A DNA stretch of 64,000 nucleotides, from the NCBI GenBank assembly GCA_036172245.1, contig JAYWIR010000008.1, positions 372,001 through 436,000 of the forward strand, read 5' to 3'. A program made the position numbers and the translations under genes. The DNA is from Raillietiella orientalis. Taxonomy: Eukaryota. Shown here piece by piece: positions 1 to 12,794 of the stretch; the stretch's first letter is position 1; every line of letters begins with the position of its first letter. Below the pieces are notes generated by a model that saw only the letters and a program-made list of their open reading frames with translations, did not search any database and had not been told where the DNA came from.

Positions 1-669
1 TCTGGTTTCGAACCGGGAGTATCCGTGCACCGCCCGCCGACCTCACTGGGCCCGGGAGGCAGTAGACCCGAACTGCTGCAGGTGCAGGGAACCGCAATCC
101 CTCCCGCACCTGATAGCTGACTGCGTTGCCCTCCGGCCCCTGTGGTTGCAATACGCAACCGACCTAGGTGCCCTCTTACCAACCAACCCACAGACGTTCC
201 GAAGCGCCTCTTCGCGCGCGATGCCCATTCGCCCGCTGCATGCCTAGAAGCACCGTGCTGCCTACGCGGGATCCTTGCAGCCTGGATCTTCGCACGTGCA
301 TCTGACAAGACGAACGATAGGGGACATCAGCTTCTCCCTAGGCTTCCTGGGGACGGCAGTCAGATGGCCCCACCTTACAACCATACTCGGAAGGAACTTA
401 CCGGCGCCCTGGAAAGGATGCAGAGCACGCCCTTCAGCTGACACTGATCCGTCCCCGTGGACCCCGGAGCTTTTTTTTCGTCCTTCTTGATTTGTATTTT
501 TTTTTCTTTTTCTTGGTTCCCTCCCCCTTTGCTGCCGAGGTGAAACTCGCCGGACTGCCTGCAGGTTACTCAGCAGGTTGCGAACTCTTTCGGACGTTGT
601 AGGGCCGATGGTCCCATACGTGTTTCTTTATTTTTAAAGTAAACGCCCCGACGCACGCGGGTGTTAAAC
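1..669 (+). mobile_element. 3' part of decayed L1/Tx1-type retrotransposon (ORF2 C-terminus and 3' UTR), cut by the window edge
   Basis: Translates to degenerate DPNCCRCREPQSLPHLIADC (CCHC finger) and WPHL...ALERM; T-rich UTR, hairpins, terminus AAACGCCCCGACGCACGCGGGTGTTAAA. Near-identical to 23849-24420. Confidence 0.9.
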
Positions 670-735
670 CACCACCACCACCATCATCACTGCAACAGCC
701 ACCATAGTCGTCATCGTCATCGTCATCATCATTGC
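669..735. repeat. (CAC/CAT)n-like trinucleotide low-complexity tract
   Basis: caccaccaccaccatcatcac...cgtcatcgtcatcatcat directly after the element terminus. Confidence 0.8.
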
Positions 736-3700
736 TGTCACACCATCATCACCCCCACAGTCATCTCGCCACTGCCACCCTCACACCATCAACCGGAAAA
801 GCGTTCGCGTTCACTTCCGCCCTTCGATCACGAAGTCCGGGCAGTTTCGCGGTACTCAACCCTTCCCCACCCACCCGGTTTGCTTCGCTCCGAGTTTCTT
901 CCTGCCTTCTCCCCTGCTCGCTCAGCCCCTCCGCAAGGTGCAGCGAGTGCCTGCAAGGCGAGGACCGCTTCTGAATCCGTTCGCCATCTCCGGATTCGCG
1001 GTGGACTGCGTCGTCATCCCTGCCGCCCGCAGGCCCAGAGACGGATCCGCCGCTACCGCGCGTCCCGGGAGAGCCGGCCGGCGGACCCGAGGACCCAAAA
1101 CTGCTTGCGCCGGGCAGCAGTGCTCCCCCGTCTATGACCGCACAACCGGCAGGCATCCAATCGGGACGCGTAGTGACCGTGCGCCGAGACGAATTCCGCA
1201 GTTCCCCTCTCTGCTCGGCCGGGCGCGAGACGCAGGGGCTCTCTCTCTCCTTCCTGGAGAGTGACGTCTTTTTCCGTCTGGTCCTTCGCTGCCTCTTCCT
1301 TGCAAGAAGTTCCTCCCGAGCCCTCGGAGTGCCTTTCCCCCATCTCCTTCTATGCTAAATTCTGGTCCACGGATTTTTCTTCTTCGTCCTCCCTTTTTTT
1401 CCCCTTCTTCCTCTTCTTCCAGTGTCCTACAATGGAACACGCTTTGAAATTCTGGCCTCGTGCTTCCTACCATCTTGTAATTCCACAACCTCTCGTTCAT
1501 TGTACATCCCGAGATGGGTATTGGTAATTTTGGGGAGAAGGGAAGATGAGAAAGGAGACGAAGGGAAACAGAACAAGGACTTTTTTTTTTTGCTTTTTAC
1601 AAAGTTCTTCTATGGTTGCCAGCAGAGTTGCTCCCATCCGTTCGCGAAGTACGGGAACATCCCCCGTTTCAGGATAACGGAGAATACGAAAGCTTTGAGA
1701 AATTTCCCTGAACGGAAACTCCCACCAGCACCGTAACCACCAAAGTCGCATCCAAAGAACGGGAACGGCAGGAACCTCGAATCCAGATCGCTCTAGGCCA
1801 GCCTCTCGAACTGCCAAGATGGGCTCAGCTGTCTCCGGAACCGTCAGACTGGTCAGAAATCAAAAGGAAAGACACCGAAAAAAAGGAGGGAGAGGATCTT
1901 CACAGGATGGGAACGGGAAAAAAAAAAAAAAAAAAGACTCTTTCCAAAGACGCACCGAAGAGCTACAAAAATATAAGATGGAACATCTGCTAATGGCGAG
2001 TATATCACGAGTACTGCTCGAATGAGTGGGTATTCTCCGTACAAGATTCATGCAGCCTTAATTGCCTATCGCTTAACAAGTGATAGGAGGAAGGATATTC
2101 ATTTCCTCGACAAGGTGTTTATTATCTTACCTCACATTTTTCTAGCACTGGCTTGGTTATTTGTGTGCGCATACATGCACACACACACGCACACAGTCGA
2201 TACTACTTGAGATACGCGTTAAAATATCTTCCGAGCAATATTGATCCCATAGTGACCGCCTTGCTCCCAAATTTCGCTGACGACTCGTAATCTCGGGAGA
2301 GGGGAATAAAAAACAACAACAACAACAAATAGGGAAGGAAGTTATCCTAAGCCATTCGATTGAATCCACCAGCCAGCAGCGTAAGCTCGGCGTGGCCGCT
2401 GCAATATTCCGCGCATGATCCGAAAATACTGTTTCTGAATTCAAGAAGGTCCCTTGGAACGCCACAGCAGTGATGAAGATCGGACATTTTTCGCGTGCCA
2501 AAATTAGCAAAAAAACCTGGCAACAATGCAGGCAACCCATCGCGCCATGACACGCGTGCCGCTGGGAAACGTATCCAAACCCTAGGAAATGACTGATTCG
2601 TGTTCAAGATGCAGCATCCAAGAAATGAAATGGTTACATCACATACTTGCTACCTGCGACTGTCACGCCGCATGATGTGAAAAAACAAGCACGTGGATGG
2701 CACGGTAAGCATTTAATTTGTTCGTGGAACCCAAGCAATTTCATGCGCTTGAAAGTTATCTAACGTTTGATCTTCGTTGCTTTTTCTGCTTCTGAAGCCA
2801 ATTTGTCGATGTCTGGTTTGCATTCTGTCACCTTAAAGCAGTGCAGACACTTTTTTAGAATTTTCGGTAGTAAATCCACTGCTCCTTTCGGGCGTTGAAT
2901 ATTCACTCTTGAAGAGAAGCCGCGTATAAATACGTTGAGGAAAAAGACCATTGGGAGAAAAAGACTTCATTCACTTTTTTCGTACTATCGAACCGGTAGG
3001 CTCCTCCATGGTTTGCGTGTCTCGTCACCGACGCGGAGATACTCATCTCCGGTTGCCATGCCCACCTCTCGCGCGCTTTGAGAATTCGGTAGGCGAGTGT
3101 TGCGTTTCGCTGCCTCGAACCAGACCGGCACTCGGCTACTCCGGGTTACCTATTCGGCGAACTGAGGCGAGAAATGGTACCGTCATCTTCCCACAGCATC
3201 AACAGAGCATTGACCAGTGCGTCTCAGAGACGAACTGTCCATCCTTCTCAATGCTCGAGTCTTCGGACAAGTGTTCCTTCCGTTCTCAGATGCCAGGAAA
3301 CTTTCCCCTGGACCGACCCGAACTTGCTGGCTCATCAGGCTTCCTGGCTGTTCCTGGCTCGCTGGATTGTCCCTGGGTCTTTCAGCACATTTTAGTTCCC
3401 TGGTCTCTTTGATCCCCCCCCTCCTTTTGTCTTTCAATGAGTCCGCAGCGCTTGTCGCGTGTCCGTCCACAGCTTCTCCCAGGATCGTTCAGCTTTAAAA
3501 TCTGATGAGGTGCCGAGTTTGCTCCAAGATCCGCCGGGAGCCGGCGAACTTTCGTCTCCAACTGGCACGCGTGCCACTCCCTGATTTGCCATCGGTGGTA
3601 TATGGAATTGGTCATATGATGGCTTCGCGGAAAAGCAGGCATAGCGATAAATCTATTGGAACGACTTGGCTGCTCAGGCTCAGCGAATGCAGGGAAGATT

Positions 3701-5052
3701 TTCTTCCTGTTCTTCTTTTCTTTTTTGTCAAATAGCATTAGACACTGTAATTACAGGGTCTGAGAATTTTTTTTTTCCTCTTTTATAAGGGGAGTCGATC
3801 AACATTGAGATTATTTTTGCCTTTTACTGTTCCCTGTGTAACTGCAACTCTTAATTATAAGTTTGCATTAGGAGACGGATTCTCATCTCTGCCGCTTAAC
3901 GATTGACAAGTTCCTGGGACCCGGAGTGCGGAACGATTCCCATGCAAAAAACAAAAACAAAAAACAACATGTGTTATTTTTTCCCCTCTTTTCTTGCTCC
4001 TCCACAGGCCCATAAAGAGGTGCGCGCGCTCTTGCGGATGCTTTGCTGCTCTGAATCCCCGCGGATCCGAAGACGGAGAATTTTCTTTTTTTTTTTCCAC
4101 GGTGCCTCCGCCGGCCCGGGGAAGAGCGGGCGATACGTTCCCGGGACTTTTGTAAGCAAATCACACCCACAACTGGGCAGCGGCGCGCTTGACCTTTCTC
4201 ACCCTTTAGCCACGTTAAGTGTGTTTAACATCGAATTCTTAGGAATCCAAGTGATGAGCTAGATGTGGACGGAGAAGATTGCTTCCCTTGAGGTAGCGAG
4301 AGGGGGTCCAGCGACATTCGAGAGAAAACACTTTACCGTAATTGACTACTCCCGAGAGTGACGACCTGAAATGCCCATGACAATAAAAGCAGCAAGATAC
4401 GGACTCATGATTCTGTTACTCCGCGGGATGAACCAAAGCCGAAAGCGAAAGGCGCGGTCATGTGACGGTCATCATGCGCGGTTCTCTTCGGAGTGTTCCA
4501 TGCCTCATCATCTCAGAGGAGCGCCGAAAGTCTTTGGGTTTGAGTTGCGAGATTCTGGAACGACAGCGTTTTGCACAGACTCTCTCATCTTTCCCTCACG
4601 CAGAGCGATCCGTGCGTCCCCCTCAGCGGCACACCTCAAGCACGTACAAAAAATATTCTGTACACGCTCGATGGACTTTACTGTTTATGGCCGGTCGACT
4701 GCTTCTTCGCGAAGTGCGCTTTGTGGAGACGTGCCGTCGCCTCGCCGGGTGCTTCCTTCCACCTTTTGCAAGAAAGGACGCAGACAGCTGCAGGGTCCGC
4801 TTTGATCGCGGGGGACAGCGCAAAAGCCACCGTGAAGAACGCAGAGGCTTCAGAAATCATCTCCGGCAACACATCGGACCAAAAAAAAAAGACGCGACTG
4901 TGTCCCTGAAAAGCGATGCTGTCGCGTGGAAGATGCTGAGTGCCTGAGATCTCTCTGGAGCGTCCGAAACTGGCGAAGAGAAGGTGAGCGTGACGGTCTT
5001 TTCTCAGCTGATCGCCGCCGCTCCTCACTAAAATACGGATACTTTTGATATA

Positions 5053-5930
5053 TACGAGGCGCGTCTCAGAAGGGCGGATCAGATACAAAGACGGAACGAA
5101 CAAGAGAAACGAAAATGTATTGGTGGTGGTCCTGAACACATACATCTCCGTGTCACTTTTCTACGGAGCCACCATTTTATTCCAGACACTTTGGATACCG
5201 TGGAAGAAGCTTTTTGAAACCCTCTTCCTAAATTTCCTCCTACTGGGAGTTCCGCACTGCCGTTTTCAACTCACTTTCCCGCTCGAATCATTGAGCCACT
5301 TCTGGAGGTGCAGGAAGGAAGACGTGCTGGTCACTGGGCGCGAAGTCAGGACTGTAAGCAGGACAGCAGTGTGTAGAACCAAAAGGGTGTGCTTTTGGTG
5401 GACTTTGTGGAGCCTGGAACAACCATTACTGTGAGAGTCCACTGTGGAGTACATTTTCAACACTGCGGCCTACCATTCAGAACCGACGACGTGGAATGAT
5501 GAGATCAGGAATGGTTGTTCTTCACAACAACGCGCGCCTTGGCAACACATGCTGTCCGCACATTCCATTCCTTTCTCGGATCCCTCAGACAATTACGAAA
5601 TTCAAATGGGAACTTTTTGATCACCACCATACAGTCCTGCCCAGTGACTACCACGTCTTCCTGCACCTCCAGAAGTGGCTCAACGATTTGAGAGGGAAAG
5701 CGAGGAGTTGAAAATGGCAGTGCGGAACTCCCAGTAGGAGGAAATTTAGGAAGAGGGTTTCAAAAAGCTTCTTCCATGGTATCCAAAGTGTCTGGAATAA
5801 AATGGTGGCTCCGTAGAAAAGTGACACGGAGATGTATGTGTTCAGGACCAGCACCAATACATTTTTGTTTCTCATGTTCGTTCTTTCTTTATCTCCGATC
5901 GGCCCTCTCACTTCTGATATGCGCCTCGTA
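5053..5930. mobile_element. Non-autonomous fold-back mariner derivative with ~290-bp inverted arms
   Basis: Ends TACGAGGCGC...GCGCCTCGTA; 5053-5340 is the reverse complement of ~5640-5930; + strand encodes mariner-like catalytic remnants LHNNAR, WELFDH, PSDYHVFLHLQKWL. Confidence 0.85.
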
Positions 5931-8900
5931 TGTATTTTTCCCCTTTACGTTGGTGCAGTCGATAACATGTCAAGAGTGCATGCAAAACCTCTGCACACCA
6001 GCAACTACTCCAACCGAAGAGAGGAAGGATGGTCAGAAATCGAGAAGATCCAACCTAAAAGGAGGCAGCGCGCATGTTGGATGGTGGATCTTCCGGGAGA
6101 ATGCAGGGTGCATCCGGTGTGTCTGAAAAATTCCCCGCTTGCTCCGAATATTCCGATGTCCTTTGCTAAAGAACTGATTGGCGGCACTCAAATAAATCAC
6201 TGGTATTCATGTTGCCATCAGTCTCTCTTTGATTCCTCAGGACCGCTGGTCGTTCCGTGGTTCACAGCTACAGTGCTTGGGCGTGGATTGTGAGATGTAC
6301 CAATTTTCCTCTGCCTCATGCCACGCAGAAACTGCACAGGCAGAGAGATAATCTCAAGAATGAAATCAAGGAATAACGAAAAAGACGGGAAGAGCAGCGA
6401 AGTGGACGACGACGCTTTTGAGAAGGAGCAGCAGACATCCCTTGGTTTCCCGTAGGGTCTTCCACTTATTTTCAAGTGCTGTCCTCCGGGGCATTTCGTG
6501 GACATGAACCTCTGAGGCAGAATTCGATTCGATTGTTTTGAACCCAGTAGCCATCATATACATCATCAGATGCGATGGCGGGGATCTTTCGCGAAATGGA
6601 AGGGAGTCCTTGTCAAATCCCAGGAGCAGGCGCAAAAGAAAGGAAAACAAGGATTCATTTCAAACCAATTGCAACTACAGGAGAGCGCGCGAAACCCGCC
6701 ACGGGGTCTTCCGGAACGGAGAAAAATTTTCCCCGCTAGGAGCCAGCACGCTCCAGATGTGGGCCGCTTTCAGACCGCCGGCCCGTATCTCCTAAAGGGC
6801 AGTCGGGGGAACACTTGAGCTTTTCCCAGTCCGACCAGAGGCGGGGTATGCCACTTCTGAACCGCAAGATGAACCCAGCAAAAGGAAAATTCGTGAACCG
6901 CGGCGAACGCAACAACGACTTCGTCTGTCACGTGACTTTCAGCGCGCCGCGGTTCCGAGCGTTGTTTACGTACAGCACCGACTCGCTGCTGCAGCGAGAG
7001 CAGAAATATAGTCACAGCCACCGGCTGCACTGGCGTGCGCCCCGCACTTGCTGATCCCCTTCTTGCAGTTCCTGCAGACCGCAGCGGAGAGGGTCCAGGC
7101 CGGAACTTTGCCGCGCCCGCCCTCCCCCCGACTCCCATTCCTTCCTTCTTTCCTTCCTCGCGCTGTTGCATACACACAACCCTTCGGAGCTTCCTCCTCC
7201 TCCTCCTCCTTCCCCCCTTTCCTCTGGATGAAAAGGACTGCGGGTCTGCACATGACCCTCGACCTTCGAAGGAGTTCCTGGAGGATTTCCGTCTTGGTCA
7301 GAGCCGTCCGCTTCATCGCTTCCCAGAATCGGGAAAGGGCTCCGCAGGTGTGGAGGTCATCTTCGTCGCTTCTCGCGGGCAGTTCTTTCTCCTTGCGTGG
7401 TCTTCCATTTCGAGTTCTGTGTTTTCCCGAGCTCTCTGGGCTTGTAGGTTGTCCACCCTTGCATATGCACTTTGTGCTGGAACAGCCTCGCTTCGTGGGT
7501 GCTCCCACTATTCGAGAAGCGTTCGCAGTCCCCGATGGTCAGCCATCTTTCTGTGGCTCGTGGGACAGACTGCGGGGAGCAAACCCTATTTAGACCGATT
7601 TCAAGGATATAAAATTGGATTGCGGGAAAACTGAAGAGACTCCGCGTTTCCCGCCGAAATCTTCGTCCCGTGCGAAAGGGTTGCCGGCTTTCGGTGCCCA
7701 GAGTGCCTGGTTTCTCCGATGCTGAGGCGGGAGCGCCGCTGTTCCTGAAGGAAGAACGTTCACGAAAACTCTCCGAGCAGCGTTCTCAGGGAACCGGCAC
7801 GGAGCATCATGACTCAGCGGGCGCAATCAGCATGGCGCTCAACAGTGCCCCACCTGGATATATAGGGTGGGCGATGGTCCACTCTCGCTCCCGGCTCCGC
7901 GGCGGATCGTTGCGACGCTTGGGGTAGGGCGGTTTTTCGTACTTGCCCTCGCTTTCACATCGATGAAGATAAAAAGGGTGGAGAGAGAACGAGTTAAAGG
8001 AGTAGACAAGGTGACAAGCGTTTCGTGGGAATGCATTTCCCACCTGAACCAAACTCTTTAGCAGTGTGGAAGGGGAAAACTCTCGAGTGGAAGGTCGAAA
8101 GTCCAAAGCTCTTCGGTTTTGTGCACCATTTCCTCTTGCAACTGCGTCTTTGCGCCTGCAAAGTCATTTTTTTTTTTGCCCATCGCGATACCTCGCTTGA
8201 ACTTTAGCCCACAAGGAGAACGCAGGGCCCGTACCCAGAGGCTACGTCATCGCATTCAGCGAGACACCTTATCTCTACTGTTCCAGGATAGCGGGGTTGT
8301 TGCGTTTCTCCTGGCGAAACTCCGCGGAATGCGCTTCGAGAGAAAAACGGACTTTTTTTTTTTTTAGGGGGGAGGGAGGCAGCCCGCTTGATCTTCCTTG
8401 TCTAAATGGTCGATGCCCCACACGCAAAGTCCCCGAAAGAGATCTCTGGAACATTTCCGGTGAGCAGGTTTCAAGCGAGTCCAGCTCGGCTGCGAATACC
8501 AGCCTTGCCAGCCAGGAGAACGGAACATTTTAGATCAAGTCGGTCAGCAAGAACTGGACGGGGTCCAGCATGGCAGTCAAGGAAGACTGCACTGGCCAGT
8601 GTCAACGTGGAGTCGGGGGCCTGCAGCTGCTTCGCGCCATCCAGACCCGTGAATGAATTTTTAAACTTAGCTCTGAAGACAGCTGTTTGCAAGCGAAGTT
8701 CGTCGAGAGAGCAAGCTTGCTGCATGGTCTCGCAGTACCAGAGGTTTTTGTAGATGCCCTGCATGCTGCCTCACAGTTGCGAAAGAATGGCCCCCACACG
8801 ATGACATCATCCTCTAGAATTTTTTTGTCATTTATTCAGAGGGAGTCCTTTATGTATCGCGAGAGGAAAATGTGCCCGCCTCCGAATCCGCGCATCCAGT

Positions 8901-9464
8901 AGTGTCTACGGCCTCTCGATGGTTACGGCGTGTGGTCAAGCATCACAGCCACACACACACACACACACACAAAAAAAAAAACTTTCACTTGAGGAAGACC
9001 CTGTATCCAGGTGGAAACTGCTTCCGTGCTTTCCCTGTGGACGCTTCCCAGTTGCAAGCAAGGGTGGCCTGAGAAACGCGGACTACCGTTTCTCACGGGG
9101 ACGACCTGACGAGCCTCCAGGCTGATAGCAGAGATGATTCATTCACGCCCTCCCTTCGCGTCAGCTCGCCACAGCCACAGAGTAAATCCCCCTGCAGCTC
9201 TTCCTCCGATGGCGCCAGATACGCATCCCTTCGAAAGCGAGCGAAGCTCCAACCGAGGTAGGGCACCCGCCGAAGTGACCTGGGCACGGCTGCAACGAAG
9301 CAGACGATTCAACGGCGCTAAGCTCTGCTGCCTAACGGGTGAGTCGGGAGGCGACGTTTTTCGGACCCGCGAAAAATGCTGCTCAAAAATCTTCGAGGAC
9401 GGTGCATCTTGAAGATCGACGCCGTCGGATGATCGCGCCGGGGAGTTTGTTGTAAACTGGAGCA

Positions 9465-9485
9465 ACAAACAAACAAACAAACAAA

Positions 9486-9549
<64 letters not shown>
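9465..9549. repeat. Compound microsatellite (CAAA)n(CA)n
   Basis: Direct inspection. Confidence 0.95.
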
Positions 9550-9553
<4 letters not shown>

Positions 9554-10454
9554 AATTGGGGTGCAGGACGGTGGTTCACACCAAAGCACAAAAATTCTGG
9601 GGTAGCTGCTGGAAACTAGACGATTGAGCAGTGAAGTCTGCCTGAAGGGGTAGTATATAAAGAAATGAAAAAAATGTTTTGATGTGGGGAGGATGAGAGA
9701 GGGAAGAAACTGGTTATTCTCCGGGGGGTAGCTGGCGAGTTCCTTCTTCAATTCCACAGGTGTGTGAGTGGCTGGGGGGGTTATCGTCTTTGTCCCCTAG
9801 AAGTCACCAGTTCCCCGCGGGCGGAGCGACTCCCAGCACCACAGTTAAGTAGGGAACGTGGAGATGAGAGAGGAGGGGAGACTTTGCTAGGCTCCTCCTG
9901 GTCGCTGGGCCGAAGACCCCGAGCCCGCCATCTTCGGCGGTTGGTAAACAAGCTCAACCGACCGAGGAAGGGAGGACGAAGGCCGTCGGCAAACGGAGCT
10001 TCCCAGAAGACCTGCGCCGCGAAAAGACGAGCGTTCGTTTCCCTGCGGGGCCTCCCCCTTCTGCAAACACGAGCACCTTGGCATTCACATCCTGTTTCCA
10101 GGAATTCCGGGGTCGTCCGCGCGAATGCACACGAAGTGGTTTCGAGTTTCCCGTCTGCAGCCGCTGTTCCTTGCGTGTCGACATCCGCTGACCGCGAGCA
10201 CCCGCAGCGACGAGCCACTCGCGGGGCGCGAAGCTGCGCTCCCGACGTTGCGTTGCCTAAGGGTGACGTTCGACCTCCCTCGTTCGTTCGTGTATGGCAC
10301 GGAAGATATGCGGAAAAGTCTTCCTAGAGACATCCCTATGGGAGTCCCTAGCGAAGAACCTCTTGCCATGTTTTTCGGTACCTGGGTCATCCCTTAAGCG
10401 TCTTGCCTGTGACAGCAAGTACGAAAATTCCGCTTAAAAAAAATGTCTCAGATG

Positions 10455-10587
10455 TTCTTCGTTTTTTTTTTTGCGTTTTGTTTGTTACGGGAGAGGGGGG
10501 GGGGGGGGAAGAAGTCGTCTTTTTTTCTTCCTTTCGTAGTTGCATCCCATCTTCCTGGAAAAACGCAACCGCGGGTAAGAAAACGTG
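10455..10587 (+). repeat. Diverged direct repeat, copy 1 (copy 2 at ~11562-11717)
   Basis: Shared G-run followed by GTTGCATCCCATC...GCAACCGCGGGTARGAAAACGT. Confidence 0.75.
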
Positions 10588-11561
10588 GATCTGGATGTTT
10601 CGCATCCTTTGACGGAACGCAGTCACCGTTTTGCAGACTGAGAGAGGACAGTTCCCTCGACACTGACGTCACGAAAGCTGAGCTGCACGTTCCCGAATCA
10701 CACTCACGTGTTCGGGAGTTTCACGTGCATTTACACGTTAGCGCTCTTTTTTTTTTTGTTGTTGTTGTTAAATTAAAAACGCACACAAAACTGCAATCCT
10801 TCAATGGTCTCACCGGTGAAGTTTTCAACATCACGTCTCCGTTCCCGCCCTCGACGAGAACGTCCACCGGTACACGCCATTCCCCCCCCCCCCCATCCTA
10901 TCAAGCGCGCGCCAACGAGTGACGATGGCGCTGGTGGTGGCGTCGTCGTCGTCTTTAGGCGATGCGATCCCCACTACGCGCTGGTGGTCGGGAGTTTTTC
11001 TTCCCCCTTGGCTGTTTTGTGCGAAAGGCGATCCCGGCCGACGGCGACTTTGAAATCTGCCGTGTTGTTTTGTTTTCTTCTTCCCAAGCCGATCGAAACG
11101 TGGTCCCCGCGAAGGGACGTTCCGTCTGCGATGTTGCAATAGTATAAAGTGCCTCTGGTTTTGACTTCGGTCGGGCAGTGGGCTGCGGATTGCTCGGTAA
11201 CCACAGGCGCGCAGGGATGCTTTTTTCGTGCCTTTCGCAAAAGCGCCTGCGCGGCTTTGACTTCGTCCGTCGAAGTTCATGAAGTCGCTGTGAAAGTGCA
11301 GCACTTCGTGGAAGCGCCGGTCCTTCCAGGATCTTTCGGGAGTCCTCCGCGCGGACGGCGTTTGGGATTTCGCCGATCGCGGCGACGAGGGAAGAATGGC
11401 CCCCGCTGCTGGCGCGATGTGCTTGCCCCCGTCTCCGCGGCGGCCCTCAATGGTCAAATCTTTGCCGCACCTCGGCTGCCCGGTGGGAAACACGCCCGTG
11501 ACAAGTACGGAACTTCCGTTGGAAAAGAGTCTCTCCGATGCTCCGTGCCGAGGCGTTCGCA

Positions 11562-11717
11562 GATTCTTTTCCTTTTTGCGTTTTAATTTGTTTGCGCTCT
11601 TGTTTGCTTTCCTCGTGAACACGGGGGGGGGGGGAGGGGGAGAAATCGTCCTTTTTCCTTTTTTCGTTGCATCCCATCCACTTCCTCGAAAAGTGCAACC
11701 GCGGGTAGGAAAACGTC
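11562..11717 (+). repeat. Diverged direct repeat, copy 2
   Basis: See 10455-10587. Confidence 0.75.
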
Positions 11718-12794
11718 GCTAAGAATATTTTCGGGGGGGAAAAAAAATAAAAAAATCTAAGCTTCCGTTCTCGCGGCAGTGATCCCCCCCTCCCCCTCCA
11801 CAAAGAGCTGGTCAAGCAGCCTTTTGGGTGGCGCAGATACTCGGGGTTTTTTCTTTTCCATCAACGTTGGCTGCATCTTCCGGAACAAATAATTCCGGGA
11901 GTGAAATTAGGCACAGCATGCCACTCATTGCGAGATGCATCCAGCCTTAAGGCAAGAAGATAATTGTTATTTTCGTGTTCCCCCCTCCCCCCTCTCCCCC
12001 ATCCGTTTTTACGCACTCGCTTTACCGAGTCTGAAAATGTGTGCATGGGAGTTTGTCTTCGGGAAAGGATAGCTGACGGATCGGTCAGGCTGCTGCTGCT
12101 GCTGATACGCGTACGCGCGAGCACACCCACCTCCATCCTTTCCGCTCTTTCCTTCCCCGCCCCCCTCGTTCCCCTCGATCCCTGTTGAGCACTACGAATC
12201 ATCATCATCAAGTGCTTTGCTGCGTTCGCGCGAGCGGTAGGTCGCTGCGGCTCTTGGATGAACGCTCAAGTTTAGGGGATGCTTGCACGCTTGTCTGGAT
12301 AACAGGTTGCGGAACGGTCTTCACTGCTCTCGGCGAGCACTAATTGACAGCTCGAAACGTCTCCATAGGGCGCCATCCTTTATTTCCTTTCACAAAAAAG
12401 ACCCCCACAACATCGGCAAAAAAGTCGCGCTCAGAGTGGGCCCTCACTACTTTTCAAGTACGCGGATGTGACTACCTCGAGTTGGCTTATCAGCGGCTTC
12501 CTATCTAACTTCACGTGTTCGTCAAAGGGAAGATTTCCAGGCGCCGTGGTGTGCAACCCATTCGTGGAAGCGGGGTGACGACAGCTTGCCTTCAGGACGG
12601 TGGTTGCAACGAGTCCAACTTGCCCTGTCTGAAAGCTTCCCCTTGAGACGAGCCGATGGACGCAGCTGGTTTGCAGTGGACGCGTGCGAGGAAAAGAGTG
12701 CCTTCGCTCAGGACGACCGCCAATTCTCAGGGTCGTCAGCAACAAGTTTCTGAAAGATTTCTTCCTCAGGGATGTGAAGACGAAAGGTCTTCGA

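Noticed and set aside
661..1137. His-rich ORF
   Set aside because: Arises from a (CAC/CAT)n tract next to a retrotransposon end; no domain recognised
3501..3540. CTGATGAG hammerhead-core-like motif (also ~16422)
   Set aside because: No properly placed GAAA or flanking stems
9139..9757. Cys/Val-repeat ORFs
   Set aside because: Translation of the (GT)n microsatellite
10600..11950. TGF-beta/cystine-knot-like snippets (ICSGRC, DCVP, DVMLK) on the minus strand
   Set aside because: Wrong order, different frames and too short to support an assignment
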